From Phaeosaccion multiseriatum (taxonomy: Eukaryota > Protista > Ochrophyta, other classes): DNA of 64,000 nucleotides. Shown piece after piece: positions 1-11,925 of this stretch. A program made the translations under genes and the position numbers. Location: contig OZ218954.1 of assembly GCA_965112735.1 (NCBI GenBank), positions 1,984,001 through 2,048,000 of the forward strand, in the 5' to 3' direction. The stretch's first letter is position 1; each line of letters opens with the position of its first letter. The notes beneath the pieces were generated by a model. It ran no database searches. It was not told the DNA's origin and was given only the letters and a program-made list of their open reading frames with translations.

Positions 1-2854
1 TGTGCATTGGGACGTGCCCTTAGAATCTAAGCTCTGGGAAGGTCCATGTGCAGGGCTTCCTCCAGCAAGTGGCCGCTCTAAATCCCACAGGGTGAGTCAG
101 CAGAGAGTATGAGGGGAGGGCAGTTCAAGCAGTCAGCGAGGGAGGGAAAAGAGGCGACCACGAGTGGACTTCACACAAAGAGAGACAGTGAGAGGGCGAC
201 TCTCTCCCATGTTGCAAGTGTGGTGTGGTATTTTCCCTTCCTCTGACCTTTCCTTTCCTCCTCATCTCTCGTCTGGCTGGCCTACAGCATGGGTGTCCCC
301 GGTATCAAGCCCAGCAAGAACGGGCTACTCATGCCCAAGGATTCAGGTGTGACCCACTCCGACGACGACCTACAGGACCCTTCCCTCGTGGACCCTTGGT
401 AAGAGAGGGGACGGGCGGGTATCGGGTACACCGGGAGCGAATGCTTGTTGTTGCGCGAAGAAGCTGCGAGGGCCTGCTTGTGGGAGAGTCCTTGCTTGTG
501 TGTGGCATGTGGCATCGTATTGTGTTTCAGGAGGAGGCCGCTGGAGTGGGAGAGAGGCCCTTGGACGATAAGACGCCCGGGCTGGTACTGAAACTGAAAC
601 TGAAACTGAAACCGGAACCGAAACTGCCACTTTCTTATTCTCTTGTACTCACCAACAGGGTGCCGTCCTGGATGCACAAACGTGAGCCGCGGCACTACGA
701 CACATCGATGCAGCAGGCTGCCGCGATACACTTCCCCAACTCTGACCAAAGCGTGCGGCTGCTCACGCACTACTACACGTTTGTGGCCAACACAGACAGA
801 AAGAGGAACAACCTCATGCTCCGGACGATGCGGGACACTCTGCATTATGATGATAAGCTCTTCTGCAAAGCCAGCCAGGTATATGGGCAAGGGAGGGGGA
901 GCAGGGAGGGAGGGAGGGAGGGAGGGGGCCGGCCCAAGCCACTTTCAGTTTCAGTTCCACAGCCTTGTGAAGGAGTCGGCGAGGCAGGCGGGGAAGAGAG
1001 GGGCTCTGGTGTCCACTGCTTTGGGTCTGCTGTGGGAAACTGTTGGGCAGTGACCATTCATTATCTCGTCGTCCTCCTGTGCTTCTGCTGCTGTTGCTGC
1101 TTTGGTAGATCATATCGCTGCTGAAGGAGGATGCTGCGGATGGAAGCTTCAGCACATTCCACGTGCGAAGAGGGGATTTTCTGAAGGCAATGAAGATGGC
1201 CGTCAAGTCGGGGGAGAAGTTTTTCTCAATGTCCAAAAAGTACCTCAATGTGAGTGAGAGAAAGTCCCCACTCTGTCTGCGCGCTCTCTCTCTCTTTCTC
1301 TTTGACACCGACCGTCGGAAGGAGCCAAAAAGAGGGGTCCAGCAAGAGAGCCGACGAGGGAGGGTGGGGGGGGGGGGGCACAGAAAGGCGATGGCGCTGG
1401 TAGGCGACGCTGCCGCCTTCCAGTGCCATCTCCCAAGGGCGAGAGGACGTGGGTGGCTCACCAAGGGGTGGGCGGGTGTCAGGACAAGGGGTGGGTGGAT
1501 GTCAGGACAGGGCGGGGGGCTGAACAGCTCGTGTTTGCCCTTTGACCCCCGTCTCGGCTTCTCCGTGCTTCTCCCCCGCCCTCCCCGCCCCCTTCCCCTA
1601 CTGCCTTCCCCTGCCTTCTCCTATGGAGCCATGGGTGTGAAACCGGGCGTTGTCTCTTGGTACATGCATGCATTTTCTCAACACCCACCCCATCCATCTA
1701 CCAACCAACCAACCAATCAACCAACCAGACAACCCACGAACCAACCAACAAACCAACCAACCAATCAACCAACCAGACAACCAACCAACCAACCAACCAA
1801 TCAACCAACCACCCAATCAACCAACCAGACAACCAACCACTCAACCAGACAACCAACCACTCAACCAGAAAACAAGACAACCAACCAACCAATCAACCAA
1901 CCAACCATCCAACCAACCAACCCACCCACCCACCCACCTACCGACCCCTGCAGGAGGGCGAGTTGATCTACATTGCCACCGATGAGAAGAACTCCTCGTA
2001 CTTCGACCCCTTCCGCGAGCGATACACCTTGCGCTTCCTTGGCGACTACTTCGAGAGGGCGGGCTTATCGGAGGTAGATCCCGACCACATCTCCTTCATT
2101 GACAGCATCGTGGCGGCGCACGGGCGCACCTTTACAGGCACTTACTGGAGTACCTTCTCCTCCTACATTATGCGGATGCGGGGCTTCTACAACTACCCCC
2201 CGGAGAGCAGCTGGTGAGTGAGAGAGGGAGGGAAGGAGGGAGTGACGGAGTGAGTGAGTGATTGAGTGCGTGAGTGAGTGCGTGAGTGAGTGAGTGGCTG
2301 AGTGAGGAAGGGAGGGACTGAATGAGGAAGGGAGGGAATGAGTGAGGGAGGGCGTGGGTTGGTCGAATCCGTAGTAGATGTATGTGGTTCTATCCATCCG
2401 TACACCCGCTCCAACCCTTTGTAGATTGGTGCGTACTTAAACGAAAGGGAGGCCACGTATAGCAAGGAAGCGTGTATGTTCAGTGGCGGATAGGCTTGGC
2501 CGCTTTGTTCTGCCGAGCGGAGGCACTCTTGCCTGTTTTGTCTGTTTTATCTTCCCTCCGTGGACGAAAAGAACACCACACCGCTTGTAGTCTTCACTCG
2601 TTTCCGTATTCCACCTTTTTGAGCTCCCTTCTCCCGTCCCTGTCCCACCCACTCACCCATTGACGTATGACACACCTACCCATTGGCATACTACACCTCC
2701 AATTGGCAGGTACTTCGAAGTCAACAACCAAAAGCGTATGCACTCCTTCGAATGGCCCGAGCCGCCCTTTTGGTTCCAGGAGTGGCGCTTCGGATGGGAA
2801 GACATCGACGAGGTTCCTCCTGAGCCCGCGCGCTCTGCATATGCCCTCACTTAG
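1..2854 (+). CDS. GDP-fucose protein O-fucosyltransferase-family (POFUT2/GT68-like) glycosyltransferase, 5' part outside window; exons approx 659-878, 1108-1251, 1954-2213, 2710-2854 plus upstream exons
   Basis: Spliced motifs RLLTHYYTF...[70 protein letters not shown] and a C-terminal [14 protein letters not shown] match the O-FucT-like family (H.RRGDF / YIATDE / F.GT..STFS). Exons have GT/AG boundaries. Confidence 0.8.
1700..1940. repeat. Intronic (AACC)n-type microsatellite
   Basis: Degenerate caac/caac tandem run seen directly. Confidence 0.95.
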
Positions 2855-3394
2855 CGAAGAGAGAGAGGGCCGCACATCGGAGGGGACAGCCCTGGCTCGC
2901 CCCCCCCCTCCCCTTCCCCTTCCCCTTCCCCTTGGGCCGTCTTGTGTGCACTTTGTCGACGAAGAAACGCGGGGATAGCATTTGGGAGGAGGCCCACAAC
3001 CACACAGAGCAGGGGAGGAGCGAGATGCGGCGGTTCCACAGGAGAGGCTCAGCATCAGAGAACAAGCAGCCTTAAATAGCCTATACCCCTCTTCGCCCCC
3101 GGGAGGGCTGGGTGTGGAGGGTGACAACGTGTGGTGGAGTGTTGCTCCGCTTCAACTCTCCACTTCCTAGGGCCAGAGCAGGCGGACGGGGTGGGGGTTA
3201 CGAGAGGGGTACGTGGGGGTTACGTGAGGGTTTACGCCTCTCTGACTGACGACGATATGCGCCGTGCGGCTTCTCCACACGGCAACAGTCGTGCAGCTCC
3301 AAGGAAGCTTCTTTCGGGACATGCACGGTGTAAGCTTATACTGCACGTGGGGACATCGACTGGGCAAGCAGCAGCACAGAGCAAAGGTGCAAAG

Positions 3395-3520
3395 GGCCAC
3401 TACAGGACACTTACAGGGCAACTACCGGGCACCTACAGGGCAAGCTGTACAGAGCAACAACAGGGCAACTACAGGGCACCTACAGGGAAACTACGGGGCA
3501 ACAACAGGGCACCTGCAGAG
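3395..3520. repeat. Degenerate ~11-bp minisatellite (ACAGGGCAACT/ACAGGGCACCT)
   Basis: Repeated cagggca(a/c)ctac units. Confidence 0.8.
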
Positions 3521-3774
3521 CGAGCTGTACAGAGGGAGGGCCAAGGACTCTGCCGTGCATTCCTGTGGGGGGGGGGCGTGCGTGCGTTTGGGGAGCAGCG
3601 ATGATCTCTGCACGCACACGAGCAGCCCCAGGCTGTGTAGACAGGCACTCGGCGGCCTCAAGAGCCTTCGCTGGTCCGTTGGGGTGGTCCGACGCGTATC
3701 CTTCCTGCCGTCCTTCACTGAAGTAATCGACGCCGCAACACGCGTCTTCGAGGTTAGCGGAGAGAGCTTGTCTG

Positions 3775-4015
3775 GTATGAGCAGGGCAGATAGAAACGAG
3801 GTGTGTGAAAGCCTTACGTGAGCCTTACATAAGCCTTAGATCGTATGAGCAGGGCAGACCGGAGGTGTGTGGAAGCCTTACATAAGAAATACATAAGCCT
3901 TACATCGTGTGAGTAGGGCAGACCTGAGTTGTGTGGAGCCTTACATAAGCCTTACATAGCATGGGCAGAGGGCAGACAGGAGGTGTGCTGAAGCCTTACC
4001 TAAGCCTTACATCGC
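3775..4015. repeat. ~55-70-bp tandem repeat, about 4 copies (GAGCAGGGCAGA...GTGTG..AGCCTTACATAAGCCTTACATCG)
   Basis: Unit with a doubled AGCCTTACAT core repeated about four times, ending ~170 bp upstream of the ATG at 4181. Confidence 0.85.
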
Positions 4016-4180
4016 ACGGCTCGGAGCGGCGGCGAATGCTTTAACGAGGGAAGGGAGGAGAGGCGCTTAAGGTCCTTCCACTTTTTCGCTTGTGTGGTGT
4101 AACTGTACCGCCGTCGGATACGCGGAAGTAATTAATTCCCGATCCCATTTGCCTCAACTTTCATTCCCCACGTAGAGAAC

Positions 4181-6458
4181 ATGCTGCTGCATGGGCTCGG
4201 GAAGGCTGCTACTGCGGTTACGCTTCTGCTACTTGGGGTATTGACGCACAACCGCCTACTGTGCGAGGCACACGTACACAGCATCGAGAATGAGCAGCAG
4301 CAGGGCAGCACGAAAGCGGCTGCTGCTGCGGATCCAGATCCGAGGTGCGACGAGGCGAATACTCATAACTCTTGGGGGGTCCACAACAACTGCACACCCG
4401 TGTTCGACTACATCAACGACACCGGTCGGCCCAGGCCCGAGCCTTCCTTCCCGATGGTGTGGACATCACAGTGGACCATGTATATCGTAAACACTCCTGA
4501 ACAAGGCTGTGGCGACGCCAGCAAGAGAACGCCGTGGGTGGAGCACCCGCCGCCGTACAATAATCCTCCACAGAGTCTGGACCCGTCCGAGTACCGTCGC
4601 TCCAGAGGCACAAGCTTCTACGACAACACCTACCGCGGCGGTGCCGGAGCGATGATGGAGTACTATGGCGACAATCAGTGCTTGCCCATCTTTCCCCTGC
4701 TGGCCAACAACTTTTCGTGCGCCTTCGTCTCTATTGGCGATGTGGCCTACTTTCTGGACTACGGCACACAGAGCGTCCATCCAACGGAGAACGGAGCTCT
4801 GCCTCCGACCGACATTGCCACCGCCAACCCTGTGTGCTGCCTCTTCTCCAGTTTCAACCACGCGCCTCGACCTGATTTCATCAAGCATCTGCCGTACCGC
4901 CCGGAGAGCAACAGCATCGGCGACATCAACTCCTACCACAAGACGATTGAAGGGCCTGACATCCTCTTTGGGTACAACTTCTACAAGGGAGAAGTGAGCA
5001 GCAGCAACGACGCCTTTCCCGGGAACTACTCATTGCCGCACTCCTTCATGTTCTCAGGTTACCCCATTGACCCTCCGGGTGCCCCCATCGTAAGCCAGAA
5101 CTACGAGAACTTCCGTGTGGAGCAGCCAGACCCTGACCTTTGGGCGTCTATAGAGAAGTACTGCGGTCAACAGGAGGAGACACTTCAAAAGTGCCGACTA
5201 ATGCCGGAGAAGGGTCCCGGCGAGCGCCCAACACGAGGAGATGTCTGTCCGGTGTGCGTGTACGACGATTCATTGTCTTATCAAGGTGACGACTTGGCCA
5301 GCGACTCGAGGGCGGTGACGGATAAGGGGTTAGCGCATGGTGTCCCTGTGCAAGTGAAGGTACCACCTCATCGCCGATCCGCCATGGGCGAGTGGTTCTA
5401 CATGCCCAGCAACGGAAGCAGCGAGGATGGGCATCTGCCGCAGTTCGACAAGATGAACGTGTCTGCGCCCAAGCATGGCTGGGCGGACGACTCTCCTCAC
5501 GATTGGCACGGCTTTCACACCCAGTGGTCGAATCTCACTGGCTGTGTGACTCACGTCGGGGTGGGTTTACGCCGAAAAGACTCCAAGGTGTTTATGGCCT
5601 CCAGACTGAGCCTACCTCAGTCCTCCCGGCAGTGTAGCCCCATTGGAGAGGCATTGCACAACACAGAAGTCTATTCTGGTGTCATGGCCTTGACTGGATC
5701 CTTCCTCATCGGAGGAGCGGAGGCTACCGGAGGAGCGATGGTAAGAAGCAAGTGGAGCGACTGCTGTAGCCAGCCACAAACTCACTTACCCAATTGCTTC
5801 TTGATCATTCCTGTCCCTAAACAACACTCGACCATCAGGTAACCAGCGAGAGTGTATCTGAATACGAGAAGGAACGATCCGAAGTCCTCGTAGTGACCGT
5901 GAACTTCTCCTCGAGCGGCGGCAGCAACAACGACAGCACTGAGAGTGAGACCCTGGCCGGGACCTTCTCCGCCACCGTCGACGGTGCTCCCTACCAGCTT
6001 ATCATCAAAGACACGCGTCCCGGGGCGTATCATCTAACCTGGTCTCCCAACCATGACGGGACTGGCGCCGAGAAAGGTCCCACTTTTGAAGGCCCAGGTG
6101 TTGCCGACAGCGATAAGCGTAACTGTACGACCAGGTTGGTAACAACTCTTGTTTTGTGGATGTTGTGATGGAATTATGTGAGTTTGCTTTGCTGCTGGTT
6201 CCTGGCGTGGTGACGCCAAGGGATGAGAGAGGTTACCTCTGGAGCATGAGGGGGACGCAGTAGGGTCTATGTGAGTGGGGGGAGTCATGTGGATGCGTGT
6301 CGTGAGAACCTTTCCAGGCATGAGGCAAGGCTCCAGAATAAGACTGTGCTCGTCACTGATTCATCTCACTTTTCCCCATTCGCCCCTTGCTTTGTTGCTT
6401 CCCCCGTCGCGTGACCTTCTCCTCCCAACAGCCTCGTTTCATCCTTCGTAGCGCGAGG

Positions 6459-6499
<41 letters not shown>

Positions 6500-9470
6500 G
6501 AGGAGGAGGAGGAGAGGAGGGGAAAAGCGAAGGATTGCCGGAGCTGGTCATGTGGGACTTTGGGCGCTTTAGTAAGGTCCTGGGCGTGCAAGTGGCGGGT
6601 GACGGTGGCCCTGCTAGGAATAGCACGGAGGTGCTCCGCAAGTTCCGCATCAGCGGCAGAGAGGGCATCATTGAAGCTCTGAACGAAGCAGCCGCCCTTG
6701 AACAGATGCTCATGGTGCAGTACTTATTCGCGGCGTGCTCTATTCGCATCGACTACCGGGACGAGCAGGGCATTTCTCTGACCGAGCAGGGGCGTCGTGC
6801 AGAAAAGAGTCGCGAGTGGAAGCGGATCATCTTGAAGGTCGCGCAGCAGGAGATGAGACATTTGGCGTACGTGCTCAACCTCCTAACGGCAGTGGTGAGT
6901 GGTGGAGTGAGTGAGCGAGGGAGGGAGGGAGGGGCGGAGGGGCGGAGGGAGGAGGGAGGGAGGGGGGGACGGAGCGAGGGAGCGAGGGAGGGAGGGAGGG
7001 AAGGAGGGAGCGAGGGAGGGAGGGAGCGAGGGAGGGAGGGAGGGAGGGAGGGAGGGAGGGAGGGAGGGAGGGAGGGAGGGAGGGAGGGAGGGAGGGAGGG
7101 AGGGAGGGAGGGAGGGAGGGAGGGAGGGAGGGAGGGAGGGAGGGAGGGAGGGAGGGAGGGAGGGAGGGTGAGAGTGATTGAATGAGTCATTGGAGTGCGG
7201 AAGGGGGCTGAAAAATGGGCAGGTAGTAGTAGAAGTATATGTCTCCATGCCGCAGCACAACAGCCCTCCTGCTCCATAGGGAACCATTGCCTTACCAATT
7301 TGCCTCTGCTGCGTTTGTGTGTATCCCGCGATGGAATAGGGAGGGGCCCCCAATCTGCAGCCCCCGAATCTGCCGGTGCTGAACCGCTTCTATCAGACCG
7401 AGCAAGGTGGAGAAGGGATTCCCATGACCCTCGAGCACTTCTCCCCCGAGACTTTGAAACGATTCATTCTCTTTGAATCTCAGGTGTGTCAGTGAGCGAG
7501 CGAGAGAGAGAGGCAGGGGAGGGGAGAGGAGGGGTTGCCGCATGAACTCGCCAATATCCAATGCCTTGAAACGAACTCTCACCTACCATCTACTCTACTC
7601 ACGCTGGTTGATACACACGCACGCACGCACGCACGCACACACTCACACAGGGGCCCGAGGTCGCTCACGAGATTTCTGCTACCCCCGCACCAACGGAAGG
7701 CGTTGCTGCCTTCGGTCTACCAACGGAACGCTTTGCTGCCTTCGGTCTGCTCCCTCCATCGTACCGAGGTGCTGGCAATCAGCCCCTGTACAACTCTGTG
7801 GCTGACCTGTACACGTGCATATATGGCGCCATGGAAGACATGGGAGAAGAGAATGCATTCTTGGCCAACAACCAGCTGCACTTACAGAGCGGGCTGGGCA
7901 GAGGGGCCGTAACCGGTACCAAGGGGGTTCCGTTCGTCATCACAACCCTCGCTGAGGCATACACTGCCATAACCGCAGTCGTGGAGCAGGGCGAGGGTGG
8001 AAGCATGTCCGACCCTACTTCACACTTGGCGCAGTTTCTCAAGGTTTACCGTGAGGTGCAGGAGGAGAACTTCACCGCGGCCTACCCTGTTGTGCCCAAC
8101 CCCCATGTCCGTGTCCTCCCTAAGGGGATAGGTGTGCCAGGTAAGCTTCTCCCCGCGTGGTGGTGGTGGTGGTGGTGGTGGTACGTGATAGTCTATCTAC
8201 GGATGCACATAGACTTGTAGGTACACGCACTCACACACACAAGCACGCATACACACACACATACACGTGCGCGCAGACACACGCACACGCACGCACACAC
8301 ACACACGTACACGCACACACACGCACACACATATACAGCAGTATGAAACTTCGTTCCTCCCCCCTCCACCTCTCTCTTGTGAGAAGGGCGCTTTTGCTAG
8401 CTTGACACCTCCGCCCGTGATTAACGCCAGCAGAAAGCACACCTTCTCACACACACTCTGTGCATCCGTCTCCCTCAAACGCTTGCACGCACGCACACAC
8501 ACCCACGCCCGCACACACGCCCCATGCTCAGCAAACACCACTTTCATCTCCTCCCTGCTGGATGAAGGACGATCCTACCGAGCCATGGTCCTCTTCAACG
8601 GCGCCTACAGCCTGGTCCTCAAGTGGCTGTACCAAATCTTCGCGCTCACTGGATCTGTCGTGGAGCGGGACACTGTGGCCTCTCTTGCGCTCTTCCCCTA
8701 CATGTCCGAAGTAATCATGCCTCTTGGTGACTGGCTGGCGAAGCAGAGAACGGCGCCCGGCACAGGCGTTAACCTCGGCCCTTCCTTCGAGCTGCCGGCC
8801 TTTAAGAACGTCCAGACCCCCAGCACCACCGCGTCTTTCGCCGTCTCGCTCGAGGCCCTGACCAATCTGCGCGCCGACTGCTTGCAGGTTCTGTAACGGC
8901 TCTTATCCCTTGTTGCTTACTGCTTGCTGCGTGCACCTGCTGCAGCAAACAAATGAACCACCCGCCCGCTCCCGGACCCCCACCCCCCCCACCCCCCACC
9001 CCGCCTGCTACCCTCCTTCTACCTGCCGCCCTCCCTCACGCAGGTGGCCAAGCTGTTCAACTCGTCGGAAGTACAAGGTGTCGCGGAAGGAATTCGTCTC
9101 ATCCACGACGAGCTGCAGGCTAGAGTACTCTCCGCTGGCGGTTTCAACTTGGCTACGTGGAAGTACGATCAGTATTTATGGGATCACAGTTACAGCGAGG
9201 CTGTGGATAGATACGAAAAACTCCCTGACAAGCCTCCTGTGGTCCACGAAGGCGAGGACAATGTGTTGGCTGTCAGATTCAGCGGATGGGCACTGGCAAG
9301 GCTCGCCTCCGACCCGGTGCGTGGCTGGTGGGGGCAGTGGTGTGTTGTGTTGTGGTGCTCGCGCATCGGTGCTTATTAGGTGGTCAGCAGGCGTTTCTGG
9401 GCAGTGGGTTGGGGTATGGTGCCTGGTCTTGCTTGCAGCAATATTCGTACCGCACACGCACGCACACACA

Positions 9471-9548
<78 letters not shown>

Positions 9549-10498
9549 TGAATGAGCACAAGCACAATTGAACTAAAGATGAACCTGACGAACGTGATGT
9601 GTGATGCTATCTATGTGCCACGAACAACTTTCAGGACTCATCCAATCACCCTCGTGGCGTCTCCGGAAACGCCTTCGCTTTCGGCAACGAGCCGGACCTC
9701 GACCGTATCATTCGCTTCCAGCTCGACCCCTCCGAACGAACCCTTTTGCAGCGTGAGCTCTGCATGGACGTGGGGGTCTACGTTCGGAACGCATCCATTC
9801 GTAATGGCAACGACACCGTTGTGGTCGAGCACTTACTCGGGGCCAGCGTGGATGTCCTGGGCAAGCCGACGTTTGTCGGCATCAATCACGTCATCGCTCA
9901 GGATGGGTTGGAGCCGGTCGATCCGTTCCACTTGTCCATAGAGAGCAAGGATCACGCACGGGTGCTGTCACGCTCTACTCGTGACTCGCCCCCCATGACC
10001 AAGATGAGTCCACTTGAGCGGGCAGGCTGTGGTCGCTTTCCCGTGGGTGTGAGCCTCGGTAACTACCCGGCCATCGTCGCAGAGGCCAACAAAGTCACCA
10101 ACCCGCCGCTGCCTGAAGATGCAGATAAGTACTGGCCTACGCGTATCGACCATCTGAATAAAACCCTGCAGAACGCGGACAAAGGCGGACAAGGAATCAG
10201 CAGCGACAGCGTTGCCATGTTGTCGGCGCGCTTGTTCGACTTGGACACACGCATGGGCGACAGGGGCTCAACGCGCACGCGTCGTCTTCAGTTCAAGCTT
10301 GACTTTGAACACCTGCTGTCTGGAGAGGGACGGGACAGCGGGGTGGTGAAAAAAAGTAGCATGTTTGGTCGTGGTGATGTGGAAAAGGTGGAGCTGGTGA
10401 GGCCCTGGAGAGTGAAGTACTCTATGTCGATGTACGATACAGACTGCCTCACCTTCTTCGTCAATGGCACCTTGCTGATCCCGTTGCCTGCTGCCTGA
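4181..10498 (+). CDS. Secreted multidomain protein (~1481 aa): signal peptide, putative LolA/ependymin/VioE-like beta domain, unknown middle domain, VioB/RebD/StaD-type ferritin-like domain, C-terminal RFSGW/EPDLDR domain. Exons 4181-5740, 5839-6134, 6432-6894, 7340-7483, 7651-8140, 8532-8887, 9044-9316, 9635-10498
   Basis: All seven introns are GT-AG with matching phases (0,2,0,0,1,0,0). Exons sum to 4446 nt, one open frame. Hydrophobic N-terminus (AVTLLLLGVLT). Ferritin-like motifs: LNEAAALEQMLMVQYLFAACSI, VAQQEMRHLAYVLNLLTAVGGAP, TLKRFILFE, AITAVVEQGEG..SHLAQF, LFNGAYSLVL...VIMPLGDWL...GPSFE. Confidence 0.85.
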
Positions 10499-10718
10499 CG
10501 AGTGAGTGAGTAATTGGTTCCTCGCTTGTGATTGCCTGAGCCAAGTAGCTAAAAACGTACTTCGCTGCGGACGGCGGAGGGCGTCATGCGCACCACACCC
10601 GACCTCGACCTTTGTGCTTGCTGCAGCAGCAACTGTTACATGGAGAGTTGGTATAATTGTTTCTTTTTTTTAATTAAAATTAAAAAATTAAACTGATTAA
10701 TTTTAAATTTAATTTCAA

Positions 10719-10950
10719 CAGTCGATTTGCGTAAGAATCGCCCAAATCACCCCCGATACATTTTTTGGACGAACTCCGCGAAATGACGCTGGGATAAGCG
10801 CTATAGCTCTTCGTGTAGCTCTTTGAGATGCCTACCGACACATAGTCTCTTCCCTTCCCTAATTTTCAGCATTTCCGCAGGAGCACTCCCCCTTGCCGCC
10901 CGATCCCTAATTAAACGGGCGATATGGGCGATTCTTACGCAAATCGAGTG
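10719..10950. mobile_element. MITE copy 1 (~232 bp), ~30-bp terminal inverted repeats
   Basis: Left end CAGTCGATTTGCGTAAGAATCGCCCAAATC; right end GATATGGGCGATTCTTACGCAAATCGAGTG (near-perfect reverse complement). Internal sequence (aaatgacgctggga.aagcgctatagctcttcgtgtagctc...gagatgccta.cga...catagtct) is shared with 22318-22579. Flanks are degenerate (TCAA/TCAT). Confidence 0.85.
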
Positions 10951-11526
10951 TCATTTAATGATTCATATAACTTGTTAGAAGATGAAAGCTGCGTCGTCAT
11001 ACAATACACACAATTGGACAGGTCAATGTAGAGGTCTTGATGTGATGTCCTCCTCCTCCTCCTCCTCCTCCTCCTCTTGGATCTTGTTCTTACTTTAATT
11101 GATCACTGCATGAAACCTACCGTTGGGCCAAATGGCATCAATCAGAGCATCTAGCACCAAAACTGGGCTATCCCAACACCGCGCTACGCAGGCAGACCGT
11201 TACACCCTCCTCGTTCTGGCGTAACCGATTCTTGCCGTCGCAGAAGGGCGAGAGCGGCTGGGGGCAGTAAACAAGGGTGACTGGATGTGAATCCTTCTTC
11301 TTCCTCGGCGACAATACACCATTTTGAATGCATTCCCCACATGTCTTACACACACCATTACGCTCGCGGATGCCCAGGCCCTCACTCCACTCCGCTCCAC
11401 TCCACTCCACTCCTGCTCCTGCTCCATTCGCCACTCCCCTACCCGCCCATCGGCTCACGGGGGCGTGTCTCCCCGCTCAGCTTTCATCTTATGCAACAGT
11501 GCCTGAGCCTTCCTCCTCTCCTTCCT

Positions 11527-11725
11527 ACTCAGCCCTCCGCGTGGCACCCTCTCCCAGGAAGGGGGCAAGGACTCCACCACTTGCTCCGCGCTTTGCGGGA
11601 CTCGCTGCTGACCGTCTGTAGGAGCGAGAGAGAGAGGAGAGGGGTCAGGAGGTGAAGCAAGCGAAGGGGAGGGGGGGGGGGTTGAGAAGAGAAGCGTTGG
11701 CAGAGAGACAGGAAAGGGGAGAGCA

Positions 11726-11756
<31 letters not shown>

Positions 11757-11869
11757 CTGATATAGACACGATACTCAAAGGAGATCCAGAGAGATGTACC
11801 GATACCCCCCTCATTGACCACACCGCAGGATGGAAGGCATCAGGGTGGTTGCTGTCACAGAGTAAGCCA

Positions 11870-11925
<56 letters not shown>

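Noticed and set aside
3775-4015. CRISPR-like repeat/spacer appearance
   Set aside because: The intervening sequences are homologous to each other, so this is a tandem repeat without unique spacers. The context is eukaryotic and no cas genes are present.
4181-5842. 553-aa ORF as a stand-alone gene
   Set aside because: A strong donor (ATG|gtaaga at 5741) and in-frame downstream exons extend it to 10498.
6753-7353. Pro/Ser/Leu-rich ORFs, and similar poly-HT, VC, RE and GREG ORFs across the window
   Set aside because: Translations of intronic microsatellites.
4181-10498. A complete violacein or indolocarbazole gene cluster
   Set aside because: No tryptophan oxidase (VioA/RebO), flavin monooxygenase or P450 gene is in the window. 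Only the fusion gene is present, and its substrate is unknown.
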